Shown: positions 25,336-37,627 of the stretch, piece after piece | How the letters are laid out: every line of letters begins with the position of its first letter | Position numbering within the stretch: position 1 is the stretch's first letter | Made by a program: the position numbers and the translations under genes | The notes under the pieces: model-generated | Databases searched by the model: none | Seen by the model: only the letters and a program-made list of their open reading frames with translations | What the model was told of the DNA's origin: nothing | Assembly (NCBI RefSeq): GCF_006345805.1 | Contig: NC_043006.1 | Coordinates: 102,238,001 to 102,302,000 of the forward strand | Source: Octopus sinensis | Lineage: Eukaryota | DNA: 64,000 nt | Reading direction: 5' to 3'

Positions 25336-27359
25336 GTTTGTTGAGTGGGCTGCCATAGTTTCAACTGAGCCATTTGTACCTCTGAAAACAATAACCAAAA
25401 AAAAAAGTGAAAGCCAGATCAATTGCTACAGAAGTAATTGATTAAACTGAACGTAAATTTAGAATTAGTTTGGGGTGGTCTGAATTTTCTCTTTAGTCTT
25501 AATAGGTTTTTCTTAATAAGTGAATCCTGCTGATATTTAAAAGATTATTTTCCTGTCTCATCAACTGTTACTGCCCTTTAATGTCTTTGGTTCTGTTTTT
25601 ATGCTAGTTGACTGTTCTGGCCATTTATTGGTAAGTGTCAAACATTTCACACTTAAAGCAACTTGCAAAACATGTCCTTACTAATGTTGAAATACTGTTG
25701 GCACTTTCTGAAGACTTGTTGACATATTATCTGAGTTTCTTTTGTTTTTTTGCCAGTTCTTTCAAATACTGATTCCTACATTTTGAAGATCTTTTTGTCC
25801 CCCCCCCCACCACCACATCTTCTAATCATTTGAAATGTTGACTTTTAACTCTTTTAGTTCTTGTTAATTTGTAAAATGAAAGCAATTTTGTGGAATATAA
25901 ATCTTTAGCAGCACGGATGTCAGTTTGCTTCTTTGAATTCGACATGATTCAGGAAGCCAATATGCATTCACATCGGTACACATACAGCATATTCTATTCA
26001 GCATGAAAACTACCAAATTCTGAGAAAACATTTACATGAACTGAATTAACCTAGCACGTTGGCTTTGTAAGTACTGCATGGTGCTTTCTATTTGGGATGT
26101 GCTTTAAAGAAGGGAGAACTATTCACATTGAAACCTGTTCACTTACAGACCTGCACTCGTTCATATTCTTATACATGCATTCCAATAAATGAACATACAT
26201 ACATATTTACAGATAAATGCCTTTTTTATCAAGCATATTAGACTGGCATTTAAATGTCTTCACCCACACAAATTCAAAACACCTTAAAGACATGGATATT
26301 ATGTAAATATTTGAACTCTACGTAAATAGCATTGATCTCTCTGGTCTTGGAGGATCCTCGAAGAGTGTGGGTATAAGTGTCCTTCCTCCAGACTATCATT
26401 AAAAAAGCAATAAAAATGCCTGCTAGTTCCTACAAACTGAAAAATATTGACCTCAGATACTTCTTCTTAGCTCTACCTACTGATGTTACTACTGCTTTGG
26501 TTTCCTTTCCATAGTGTGAATTGTTCAAGAATTCTCTTTCTTTCTCAAGACAGTTCTGACCTTTCAGTAAGGTTTGCTTCTTTTGGTGATGTTCTTTCAG
26601 ATATTTTATTATACTTGTTGTCATTTCTGAGTAGCTCCAACAAAATTTACTGATTAAGCATATAGCGAATAAATAAACTAATAAATAAGATAAATAAATA
26701 CTAACTTACATTACATGTGGTCGGGGGTTCTAATCATACTCCATGCTCATGCAAACACACAAACATACATACATGTATGGTAAGTGTGATAACAACACAC
26801 ACATGTATATAAGAAAAATTTCTGCATAACAAAGCTTGTTACTTTCTTCATACACAGAAAAATAAAGGAGATTGCCTTGACATGTTTTACACAATGTTAA
26901 CACTCAGCACAAAACAAGTACCCACTTCTTCAGTGTGTGTGTATACATACATGCATATACACATACATATTCCCACACATACTCTGTGTGTGTGTGTGTG
27001 TTATAATTCTGCTTAGGCATAGTGTTGCTAATAACCAGTTGTTAGAACTCAATATACATATGCCTTAGAATAAAGCATTAGGTGAGTACAGAGCATTATA
27101 TAAATTATTGAATGACAAAGGAACAGGAATTATATTATTAACTTCATTTGCTTACAGCTGCTTCTGTTATAAGATGTTGCATAAGCGCTCAGCTCTGTCC
27201 TCCTTCCTCTGTACCTTTCATATTCCCCACCCAACAGTATCTGCTCTGTTCACTTCCACTCTCTCCTTACAGTAAATCTATACTCCTTATCATATTTGAC
27301 TCTTTTATCACTGTAAAGTCATCACACTCTCTTTTGCCCCTAGTTTCCTTTCAACTATC

Positions 27360-27670
27360 AGACCTCTTTACTCTTGGGCGTTCCAAGGTGACCTCACTAA
27401 GGCTGGTGCCATAAAAATGCATCCAGTAACACTCTGTAAAGTGATTGGTGTTTGAAAGGGCACCCAGCCATAAAAGCCTTGCCAAAAGTGAGACATTGTA
27501 GCAACACATGGTCACTCCATCATGAATCAAAGTGTGATTGGGGTTTACTTACAAAAAATATGCTTCAAATACAAACTTATCAGATTCTATCAACTTATCA
27601 GATTCTGTCAAACTGTCCAACCCATACCAGTATGGAAAGCAGGCATAAATTGATGCTGATGAAGATGATA
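27360..27670 (+). mobile_element. RTE-type 3' end element interrupted by templated inserts
   Basis: GGTGCCATAAAAATGCATCC..GAAAGGGCACCCAGCC..TCAAACTGTCCAACCCATACCAGTATGGAAAG..(TGA)n. Confidence 0.7.
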
Positions 27671-29422
27671 TAATGATACAATAATATGAATGTTACATAA
27701 CTACCCAATCTTGATTGTAATATATGTTACCATTATATATAGATCTAACAAATATGATTCTCCTTTTAAAGGTGAATCAGTGGTTTAAAGAGATTTGACA
27801 AGTGAATTGAGTAGGTTGAGAAGTTTCGTAAAATCTTCCTCACAGAGCCATATGTTGGTTGACTTATTTATGATATGTATAGAATTTTTCTTGATATGCC
27901 TCAGCAACAGTTCTCTCATGTGTCACAAAGTAGAGGATATAAGGAAAACTTAAAGGTTTTTATACTATATGGACATTTATATTTAGCTTGAATGCAGTGG
28001 TTAACCCAGCTGTTAAAAGATAATGGTATCCAGACCTATTTCTAAACTCACCATGACCAACATGGTCAGAAACCCAACATGCTACAAACTAAACTGAATG
28101 ATACAGTTTGATCAAAACTAATAGTCTATCATTCTCTTTGATGAAAATTGGTTTGTTACCAGAATATTGAATCATTCTTTGTCTCAGAACAAGTTATTTC
28201 GATGTGGATAATTCTAAAAGGGACATTGAAATTTTAAACATCAAACGTTCAGTTTTCAACTGATACAAAGAATATAAAAATACTGGCCTCTTTGATCAGA
28301 ATTTTATATCAGTATTTGGATATGTATGTACGTGTTATTATTATTAGTTGATCTGTATTCTTGTATAAAACATGGAGAAAAATATTTGAAATCTATTGAT
28401 CATGAATCAAAGAGTGATTGTGTTTGAAGAATATTCTGTTTTGCCAATATCATTTGGCTTGGAGAAAAAAAATGGACTTGTAGTGTTTGCTTAAAATTTA
28501 ATCTTGTAACTAGCACCTCTAGTTTACTTACAAAAAAAAATATGCTTCAAATACAAAATTATAAATAGTTTCAGATGGCTGAGTGGTAAATGTCTTTGTC
28601 TGATGGAAATATATTGAAACTTTGCGTTATGTGTCATTTTATGTCCTTGGGTAACCCTTGGGAAAGAAATAAATTTCATGCTTTAATTAAATATAATGAG
28701 AAAATAAATGGTAATTCTAACATATCCTACAAGCATTAAACATGCAAAATTTCGAACTGAATAACATCCACATCAACTAGCCTTACTAGTCTTGTGTGAC
28801 TTGTACAAATCATGGACACTGTCCTCCTCTTACTAAGTGTGTGTATGCATGTGTTGTACTGAATGTGAAATTGTTCCTAAAACATAAATTTGAAATTTAA
28901 CCAACCCATGCTGGTATTACATAAATAGATATAGCAAGCATAGATGAGAGTAGGAGGCAAATTAAACAAGCTATTTTATCACCCTAACTCCATCTTGACT
29001 ACACTTCAATTTGTCATATACAAACAAACCTTGCTTACCATTGCACCAGTTAATTGCTATTTGGAACTTTGTAATGGATCTTCATGGTAGTTATGGTGTT
29101 GGTGGATATCTTAGTTCTGATGGCAATGGCAATTTCGGTATTTTAGTTAAAGTGCTAATGAACCTTCAGTATGGGAAGACGAGGGGCTATGGATACTGAA
29201 TCTACTTGCCATTTTCTCCTAACAAAGTCAATTGTACAACATTTGATTCTACATACTGATGTCATTATGTTCCACTAAACTGGTCTCTAATAAATTTTAT
29301 CACACTTTTTTTTCTATTTAATATTAATTTTTTTAAATAACTGATTTGATCAGAATTTACAGAGCTGAATACATGACAAAGGTTCACACATCACTGTTAA
29401 TATTTCTTTTTTCTTCTTTCAG

Positions 29423-29533
29423 GGTCATTTGTTATATGCTAACTATGGGGAGAAATCAGACTTTGAAAAACTGCAAAATGTAAATGGTAGCATTGTCATT
29501 ATGAGATATGGCCGAGTGCATCCTGGGAGCAAG
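29423..29533 (+). CDS. Internal coding exon B of the M28B gene (PA domain), phase 0 to 0
   Basis: Acceptor ttttcttctttcAG, donor GTAACT. Translates GHLLYANYGEKSDFEKLQNVNGSIVIMRYGRVHPGSK, matching PSMA GDLVYVNYA..DF..NCSGKIVIARYGKVFRGNK; in frame with exon A. Confidence 0.95.
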
Positions 29534-29720
29534 GTAACTGGTGGTGTTATTCTCCACACTTTTAAGGAAATATTCTCTGTTTGAATTTTTTTGTTTCTTT
29601 GTTTCTGTGATTTTATTTCTCACATGGTTCTATATTCTCCAACACTGTAACATCATATGCCTTTCCCAACGGTTTGGATTAATAAAGAAAAAAAAATTTA
29701 TTATCGTTAGTGGTATTATT

Positions 29721-29960
29721 AAGGTAGCAAGCTGGCAGAACCATTAGCATGCCAGGCAAAATGCTTAGTGACATTTCATATGTCTTCACATTCTGAGTTC
29801 AAATTCCACCAAGGTTGACTTTACCTTTCATCCTTTTCAGATTGATAAAATAAGTACCAGTTGAACACTGGGGTCAATGTAATTAACTTAACCTTCTCCA
29901 AAATTGCTGGCCTTGTGCCAAAATTTGACATCATTATTAATCATTATTATTATTATTATA

Positions 29961-29995
<35 letters not shown>

Positions 29996-30750
29996 GACAG
30001 TGAGCCGGCAATATTGTTAGCATGCCAGGCAAAATGCTCAATGGTATTTTACCCATCTTTACGTTCTGAGTTCAAATTCCAACAGATTTGACTTCGCCTT
30101 TCACCCTTTTGGTGTCAATTAAATAAGTACAGTTGAGTATTGAGTTTGATGTAATCAACTTGTCACCTCCTCCTAAATTGCTGGCCTTGTGCCAAAATGT
30201 GAAACCACTGGCAGTAAGCTGACAGAATCATTAGTGCATTGAATAAAATACTTCACAGCTTTTCTTCTTGTTCTTTATGTTCTGAGTTCAAATTCTGCTG
30301 CATTCAGCTTGGCCCTTTATCCTTTCTGAGTCAATGAAAAAAATAACAATTGAGCAATGAGGTCAGCATAATTGACTTACACTCCCTCATTAAATTTGCT
30401 GGTCTTGTACCAGAATTTAAAACTGTTAAGAAGGCAGCTGGCTGGTGGAATCATAAGCTCACTGGGCAAAATGCTTTGTAGCATTTCTTCCAGCTCTTTA
30501 CGTTCTGAGTTCAAATCCTGCCAAGGTCAACTTTAGCATTCATCCTTTTGGGGTTGATAAAGCAGCAGTGCAGGAGTTGATTTAATCAACTAAATCCTTC
30601 CCACTGAATCTCAGTTCTTGTGCCTCGACTGAAATCAATAATTAGTTTTATATTCATTATTTTGAATTGAATGAACATCTTTGAACAGGCATGGAATACT
30701 CTCCCCAGCTACTTCTCCCAAAATTGCTGATCTTATATCTAAATTAGAAA
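29721..30750 (+). mobile_element. Cluster of four head-to-tail SINE family B copies
   Basis: Heads near 29721, 29994, 30209, 30428, each with TTCTGAGTTCAAAT and CCTTTCATCCTTT..GATAAA..GTACCAG-like core, ending GCTGG(C/T)CTTGT(G/A)CCA-like; (TTA)n between copies 1 and 2. Confidence 0.85.
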
Positions 30751-31279
30751 ACATAAGGGTTATGGCCTTTTTGTAAGTTGGTTTCATAGACATTCTCTCG
30801 TGCTATGGGAATGTAGAAATAGAAAGCAATGTAGAAAAGGAGAACAAAATAAACCTGTTCGTTGATTCCCACCTGTAACTATTTCTGGCCAAGTGAACAT
30901 ATGATCAAAGGCATTCTAATCATAACTATTGTCTTTTTACAGGTGTAGTGCATTGAGTACTATGTTATCTAATGTGTTTTTTCATCTTCTAAGACAGCAG
31001 AGACTCCAGACCTACTATTTCTAGCAAGCCAGAAAACTATGTAGAAGCTCTCTCAGAGGATTCTTAATTAACAGTCTTGAATACACTTGATTTGAGCTAA
31101 GTAGGGCTCAAATCAAGAACATTTATGGCATGTAGATAGCCAATCAAATGACCAAGTGCAGTCCAGAGATACTGTCTCCATCTAGTGGAGGACGAAGCTG
31201 TCTAATTTTTCAAGGGTAAATTGTTTATCTTTAAAGGGGTCACGTGGAAGTCTATGTAGCAGCTCAAACATGTTGGAGC

Positions 31280-31700
31280 TTTCTTACCATTGTCATCATC
31301 ATTTCACTATCCTTTAATGTCCATTCTCCATGCTAGCATAGGTTGGATGGTTTGACAAGAGCTGACCAGGTGAGCTGCCCGGGCTCCATTTTATCTGTTT
31401 TGCCATGGTTTCTATGGCTGAATGCCTGTCATAAAGCCAACCACTCTACAGAGTGTACTGAGTACTTTGAACATGATATTGGCATGAATGCTTTTATATG
31501 GCACCAGTACCCACAAGCCTATGAAACTAGAAAGCTGAGAGTGATATGTAGAGGACATACCTGTATATATGGACAGTCATGATTTTACTTAGCTTGATAT
31601 GTCTTCTCAAGCACAGCAAACTGCCAGAAGTCTCAGTCCTTTGTCATGTTTTTGAGACCCAATGTCTGAAGGTCTTTTCTCACCACTTCATCCCATGTCT
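31280..31700 (-). mobile_element. RTE-type 3' UTR relic
   Basis: (CAT)n..CCATGCTAGCATAGGTTGGATGGTTTGAC..GGCTGAATGCC..GCCAACCACT. Confidence 0.7.
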
Positions 31701-32576
31701 TCCTGAGTTTTGGAAAATCAAATCCTTGTTGGGTTTATAACAAGTTTTTATAAAGTTTAAAAGGGAACAAGAGAAAGAGTAGGGACATGGGAGGTAGATG
31801 AATTTTAAAGAGTAGTGACAGAGGACTGGGAAGAAATAATAACAATTTGGAACTTTGGCTCAATTCCAATGGAACAAATTTTGAGGGATGTAGCAGTTTA
31901 GTAAATCAACCTCAGTATTTGACTGGTACTTTATTTTATCAACTTCTGGAAAGATGACAAAGGTGGCTTCACTTTGATTTGGACTTGGAAAGTTGAAGAA
32001 AATAGAATTAAATTCTGCAACATAATTTTTTTTTCTACCACTCTACAATTCTGCCAATAATAAGGTGGTGGTATTGAAGTTGCCACAAGAGGAGGAAGAC
32101 AATGAAGAAATGATGGGGACATGGCAGTGGCAGTGGTAGTAATGGTGGTGGTAGAGGAGGAGGAGTGGTCATGATCATAGGGATAATGATTAAAAGATAG
32201 AATTGAATAAAATAGGAAGATAGTAGAGGTAGCAGCAGAGGAGCAGGAACCATGAGAAATGAAAAGAAAAACAAAGACAGTGAAAAAGCAACATTGGAAA
32301 TCTCTTTTTGCTATTGCTATCCAACACACTCACTTGATAGCTCTTCAGTTGACCTTGATTTTAACCAAACATACATTAATGCCAAATTGCTGATAATGCT
32401 TAATTAGTTGAACACTGAAGACTTAAATAATCGCAGAGTAGGAAATGAAGATAAACTATAGAAAGATTGGAAATGGTGGTTAGTAACGAATGAATTCTTG
32501 GTAATTATGGGAAAGATAAATATAAGTTGGCTTGAAATCTTTGTTTAATTACACAATGAGCTCAGCATTCATTTAT

Positions 32577-32651
<75 letters not shown>

Positions 32652-32731
32652 CTATATATATATATATATATATGTATATGTATACATATTTATATGTATA
32701 CATATTTATATGTATATGTATACATATATAT

Positions 32732-32782
<51 letters not shown>

Positions 32783-32825
32783 GTATACATATTTATATGT
32801 ATACATATTATATGTATATGTATAC

Positions 32826-32856
<31 letters not shown>

Positions 32857-34802
32857 ATATATATAATATATATATATATATATGTATACATATATGTGTG
32901 TGTGTGTATGTACCTCTGTGTCGTCCTCCACTGTGAATGTGTTTATCTACATATATGTATATGTATGACTCATTGTCATTATATTACATTCATTTTTCTC
33001 TGCTTTCCTGCTTTGGATGAGTTTTCTCTAGTATAGAGTTATCTTTGCTTTTTGTGATCACATGTCATTTCTTTCATGTGGGTCAACCTCTTGAACAGTA
33101 TCATCTTAAGGCATGAGTACATTGGGCAGTTACCTAGGGGCCTTACAGGTTTAGGGGTCCAATGATAATTTAAGTCTGTAGGTCACTTGTTGTCAATGGA
33201 TACTTTATGGGCTCAGTTCATGATTTGCCCAGAGACCTATAATGCTGTTAAGATGACCCTGCTCCTGAATTGAACTTTCACCACTTCTTCCCACATTTCC
33301 CCTTGTCTTCCTCTTCTACATGTTCCATCCATTTTGATTACTAATCATTCCTTTACTTAACTCTCATCCTCCATGTAGCCACATTGCTGTTCTAGTGTAG
33401 TCTTCTCTCTTGCATGTAACATTTGATTCCTCTTATGTCCAGTTTTCCTCTCAACTCATTGGTACTCTTTCATTCAAGAGTATGCACACCTCATTTATTT
33501 CTAGCCTTTAATCTTTTAGTATTTAATCCAGCTGTATCTGGGCTCAAGTGTTCTACCTGACCAAATCCATCCTCTCACACCTACCCTACTGTGTCATTCT
33601 AAAAATATACAACACACCTTTGAGATCTTGAAGCTGTAAGATAATGCATGATTAATTCAAAACAATGTAAATGAATAAGTATTATATTTGGCAGAGTAAT
33701 CAGAATGCTAAAGGGTTAAATGGCCTCTCTAATCAAATACCTATGTTTCAGTAACCTGCAGCATCACAGTTTGTATGTAAAAATCAAAGAATTTACCTTT
33801 CACTTGGAGAGAGAATCACTTTGTTACCAGTAGCAAAAATGATAGCTCCTTGGATTTTTGCAACTCTGTTCTTTGATTACCATGCTTTCAGAACACCCTT
33901 CTCAATTGTTCATTTGACCACCTGGGTAATGGAAGATAGCAAATGTTTGTAGTGCACTCTCTGAGTATAATTGTTTTATATCATTATCCTTTTCACTAAT
34001 TACTCAAGTGCATTTGCTGCAAAGTTCTCTGTCAGCCTGCTTATGATCCAATTGCATCTCTTCTGTAGACATAGTTTATATTGAATATGCTGTGAGGCAT
34101 TCCGACCTATTTCTTTTTTTAGATATTGAGTCTGGTCACTTCTCAGATTGAAGGAGAATTTTATCTCTTTCCTTCTATGTAAAGCTATTTTTATTCATTT
34201 ATTCAGTTTTGGTATTTGTTTTGCAAGATCCAAAATAATTTGATAAAAAAATGTGAATTTTTAATTATTTTCTGAGATTTTACAAAAACAACAAAAATAT
34301 TTTTTTATTTTCTACCAAAGATAGATGTTGTACTTTAGGTGGGTCATTTTACTAATAAGAACACACACACAGATTATACTTTTATTATTATCAATTAATT
34401 GTTCATCCATCTTTATGTTCTGAGTTCAAATTCCTTTCGTTCTTTTGGAGTCAATGAAATAGGTACCAGTTGAGCACTGGGGTCAATGTGATTGATTAGC
34501 CCACATGCCCAAAATTTCAAGCCTTCTGCCTATTGTAGAAAAGATTATCATTGATTAACTAAGAACAGTGAATTGACAGAATAAACTGTTGAAAGAGAAA
34601 TGTCTTGTGGTACTTTTTCTGGCATGTTACATTCTGAAATCAAATCTTATCAAGGTCAGCTTTGTCTTTCATCCTTTCAGAATTGATAAAATAAAATACC
34701 AGTCAAGTACTAGGGTTGATGGTATAGACTTACCTCCAAATTTCAAAACTGTTGGTCTTGTGTGTACATTAGAAATAATTATTACTAATTAGCTATCATG
34801 CT

Positions 34803-35580
34803 CATCATCATCAACCCATGACATGGGTTGGATAGTTTGACAGGAGCTGGCCAACCAGAGAGCTGCCTAGGCTTCAGTTGTCTGTTTTGGCATGGTTTCT
34901 ATGGCTGGATGCCCTTTCTAAAACCAACCTCTTTACAGCGTACAGAGTGCTTTTTTTATGTGGCACCAGCATGAGAGCTTTTCTTTGTTGCACCGGCACA
35001 GGTGCTTTTCTACATGTCACTAACACACTTGTTTTTCCTACATGTCACCAGCACAGGTGCTTTTCTACATGTCACTAACACACTTGTTTTTCCTACATGT
35101 CACCAGCACAGGTGCTTTTCTACATGTCACTAACACACTTGTTTTTCCTACATGTCACAGCACAGGTGCTTTTCTACATGTCACTAACACACTTGTTTTT
35201 CCTACATGTCACCAGCACAGTGCTTTTCTACATGTCACTAACACACTTGTTTTTCCTACATGTCACCAGCACAGGTGCTTTTCTACATGTCACTAACACA
35301 CTTGTTTTTCCTACATGTCACCAGCACAGGTGCTTTTCTACATGTCACTAACACACTTGTTTTTCCTACATGTCACCAGCACAGGTGCTTTTCTACATGT
35401 CACTAACACACTTGTTTTTCCTACATGTCACCAGCACAGGTGCTTTTCTACATGTCACTAACACACTTGTTTTTCCTACATGTCACCAGCACAGGTGCTT
35501 TTCTACATGTCACTAACACACTTGTTTTTCCTACATGTCACGGGCATGGATGTTTTGTACGTGGCACTGGCACAGATACT
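34803..35580 (-). mobile_element. RTE-type 3' UTR relic containing an expanded minisatellite
   Basis: Begins (CAT)n..CATGGGTTGGATAGTTTGAC..GGCTGGATGCCC; ends TTTTGTACGTGGCACTGGCAC. Confidence 0.75.
34997..35541. repeat. 55-bp minisatellite, 10 near-identical copies
   Basis: Unit CACAGGTGCTTTTCTACATGTCACTAACACACTTGTTTTTCCTACATGTCACCAG starting at 34997, 35052, 35107, 35161, 35216, 35270, 35325, 35380, 35435, 35490; two units have 1-nt deletions. Confidence 0.97.
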
Positions 35581-36019
35581 TTTTTAGCTAATTAAAATAA
35601 TTTACCAATTAATTGCTTGCTCAATCAATCAGTTGACGTGTTAGAATCCTTTCATCACAGCCTTGTCTGTTCCCTCCACCCATATTAATAGCACCTTGTC
35701 TTTGCTTCAGTATTTATACTTTGTAGTGTTTCAGTTACATATATGGGCATGTGCATCATTTTAACTGAGGCAGCTGTGCTTTATGTGATTCTGTACTTAC
35801 TGGTTGGTGTCTACATGTGTATTATGTGTGTGAGTGTGTATATGTTGCATGCGTGCATGAGCTTGTTTGTTGTTTATTCAGTGCTTAGTAATTAACTAAT
35901 AGTGATTGTTGAGTGGGTGTTGATTGTTAGGTGCTTTGAACTCTTCACTTTTTAGCTTTTATTTCTACACAAATATTTCTTTTACTAACATTTGTAAGTT
36001 CATCCTCACATATCTTTTA

Positions 36020-37055
36020 TTCTTTACTTGTTTCAGTCATTAGACTGCAGCCATGCTGGGGCACTGCCTTGAATTTTTAGTTGAATGAATCGACCTAAAA
36101 ACTTATCTTTTAAGCATTGTACTTATTCTATCGGTTTCTTTTGCTAAACCACTAAGTTACAGAGCTGCAAACACACTAACACTGGTTGTCAGATGGTGGT
36201 GGGGATTGAACACAGACAGAAAGACACACTCACATAGATATACATAAATATATATATACAAATATGTGTGTGTGTGTGTGTGTGTATACATACACACACA
36301 CACAGGGTGGCCACAAAGTCATGCACCATGGGAGATAATAAGTATTCTTTATTAGCAATGAAGTAGGTAATCCATTTCAAATGTTCAAAGTGTTGGTCAT
36401 GTAGCTCTAAACAAGTGTTCATGTGGAATTTGAAATTGCTATGAACCCTCTCAAATGGCTCTTACTGTCGCTAACTTGTTCACATGCTTCAACAATTCTT
36501 TGAAGATGTCCTTCTTCATGAATCTTTTCAGAATACACAAGGAATTTAATGTAGCCCCAGAAGAAAAAGTCCATGGGAGTTAAATCTGGTGACTATGGGG
36601 CCCATTCAATTAGCCTGCAATGCCTGAACCGTCTCCCTAGAAAATGTTCATTCAGAAAATCATGAACCTTGCAAGTGAATGCACGTGAGGCATCATCTTG
36701 TTGCCAAGCGTGTCCAGATACGAATCAACTGTCACAGAACCCTCAAAATAAAATGGTCCAATTACTTGCTTGTGCCAAATCCCACACCACACCCTTACCT
36801 TGCCCCCACCCCCCACTTTGTTGATTATCTGCCTCCATCCAATGAGGATTGGTTTGTGAGTAATATCAGCGGTTGTGAAAAGAGATAAAAAAAGAGAATG
36901 TTAGCAGTTTCACATATTGCTGGATGGTGTGTGACTTTATGGTCACCCTGAGGCTATAGTAGATGACACTTACCCAAGGTGCCATACTGTGAGACTGAAC
37001 CTAGAACCATGTGGTTGGGAAGCAAACTCCTTACCATTATAGCCACACCTGTACC
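36020..37055 (-). mobile_element. SINE family A halves (36020-36290, 36945-37055) separated by a Tc1-like relic (about 36303-36760)
   Basis: SINE tail and head in reverse complement; between them CAGGGTGGCC start and minus-strand EWAP*SPDL (WPPxSPDL-like). Confidence 0.65.
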
Positions 37056-37059
37056 TATA

Positions 37060-37101
<42 letters not shown>

Positions 37102-37108
<7 letters not shown>

Positions 37109-37425
37109 ATTAGAGATAAAACCACTATTAGGCAAATCAAACAGTGAAAAACATAAACCAATACATAAAATTAATTTAAAAATATAAAAGTTAAAAATTA
37201 AAAAATTATTTAATTTAAACTTATAAATTTTAAATCTATATATACAAATATATATATATATATTGCTATGAACCCTCTCAAATTTGTATATATATATTTA
37301 AAATTTATAAGTTTAAATTAAATAATTTTTTAATTTTTAACTTTTATATTTTTAAATTAATTTTATGTATTGGCTTATGTTTTTCACTGTTTGATTTGCC
37401 TAATAGTGGTTTTATCTCTAATTTA

Positions 37426-37429
<4 letters not shown>
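37102..37429. repeat. Long inverted repeat: 148-bp arms, 32-bp spacer
   Basis: 37102-37249 is the reverse complement of 37282-37429 with 2 mismatches; (TA)n on both outer sides. Confidence 0.95.
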
Positions 37430-37470
<41 letters not shown>

Positions 37471-37595
37471 ATTTTTATATTTATATATTATTTTATTTAT
37501 TTATTTATTTATTTTTTTATATATAAATATCAAAAGTATTAAAAGTTTAATCCTAAATCTAATTTTTCCCTGTAAGTTTGGATTTATTCCCTAAT

Positions 37596-37627
<32 letters not shown>

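Noticed and set aside
26430-26650. Minus-strand ORF with KFCWSYSEMTTSIIKYLKEHH as nested gene or BED zinc finger
   Set aside because: Only faint resemblance to a BED finger, ligands incomplete, weak splice signals and no linked transposase seen.
34997-35541. CRISPR-like regular repeat array
   Set aside because: Units are contiguous with no unique spacers, there are no cas genes, the context is eukaryotic and the unit derives from an RTE 3' UTR.
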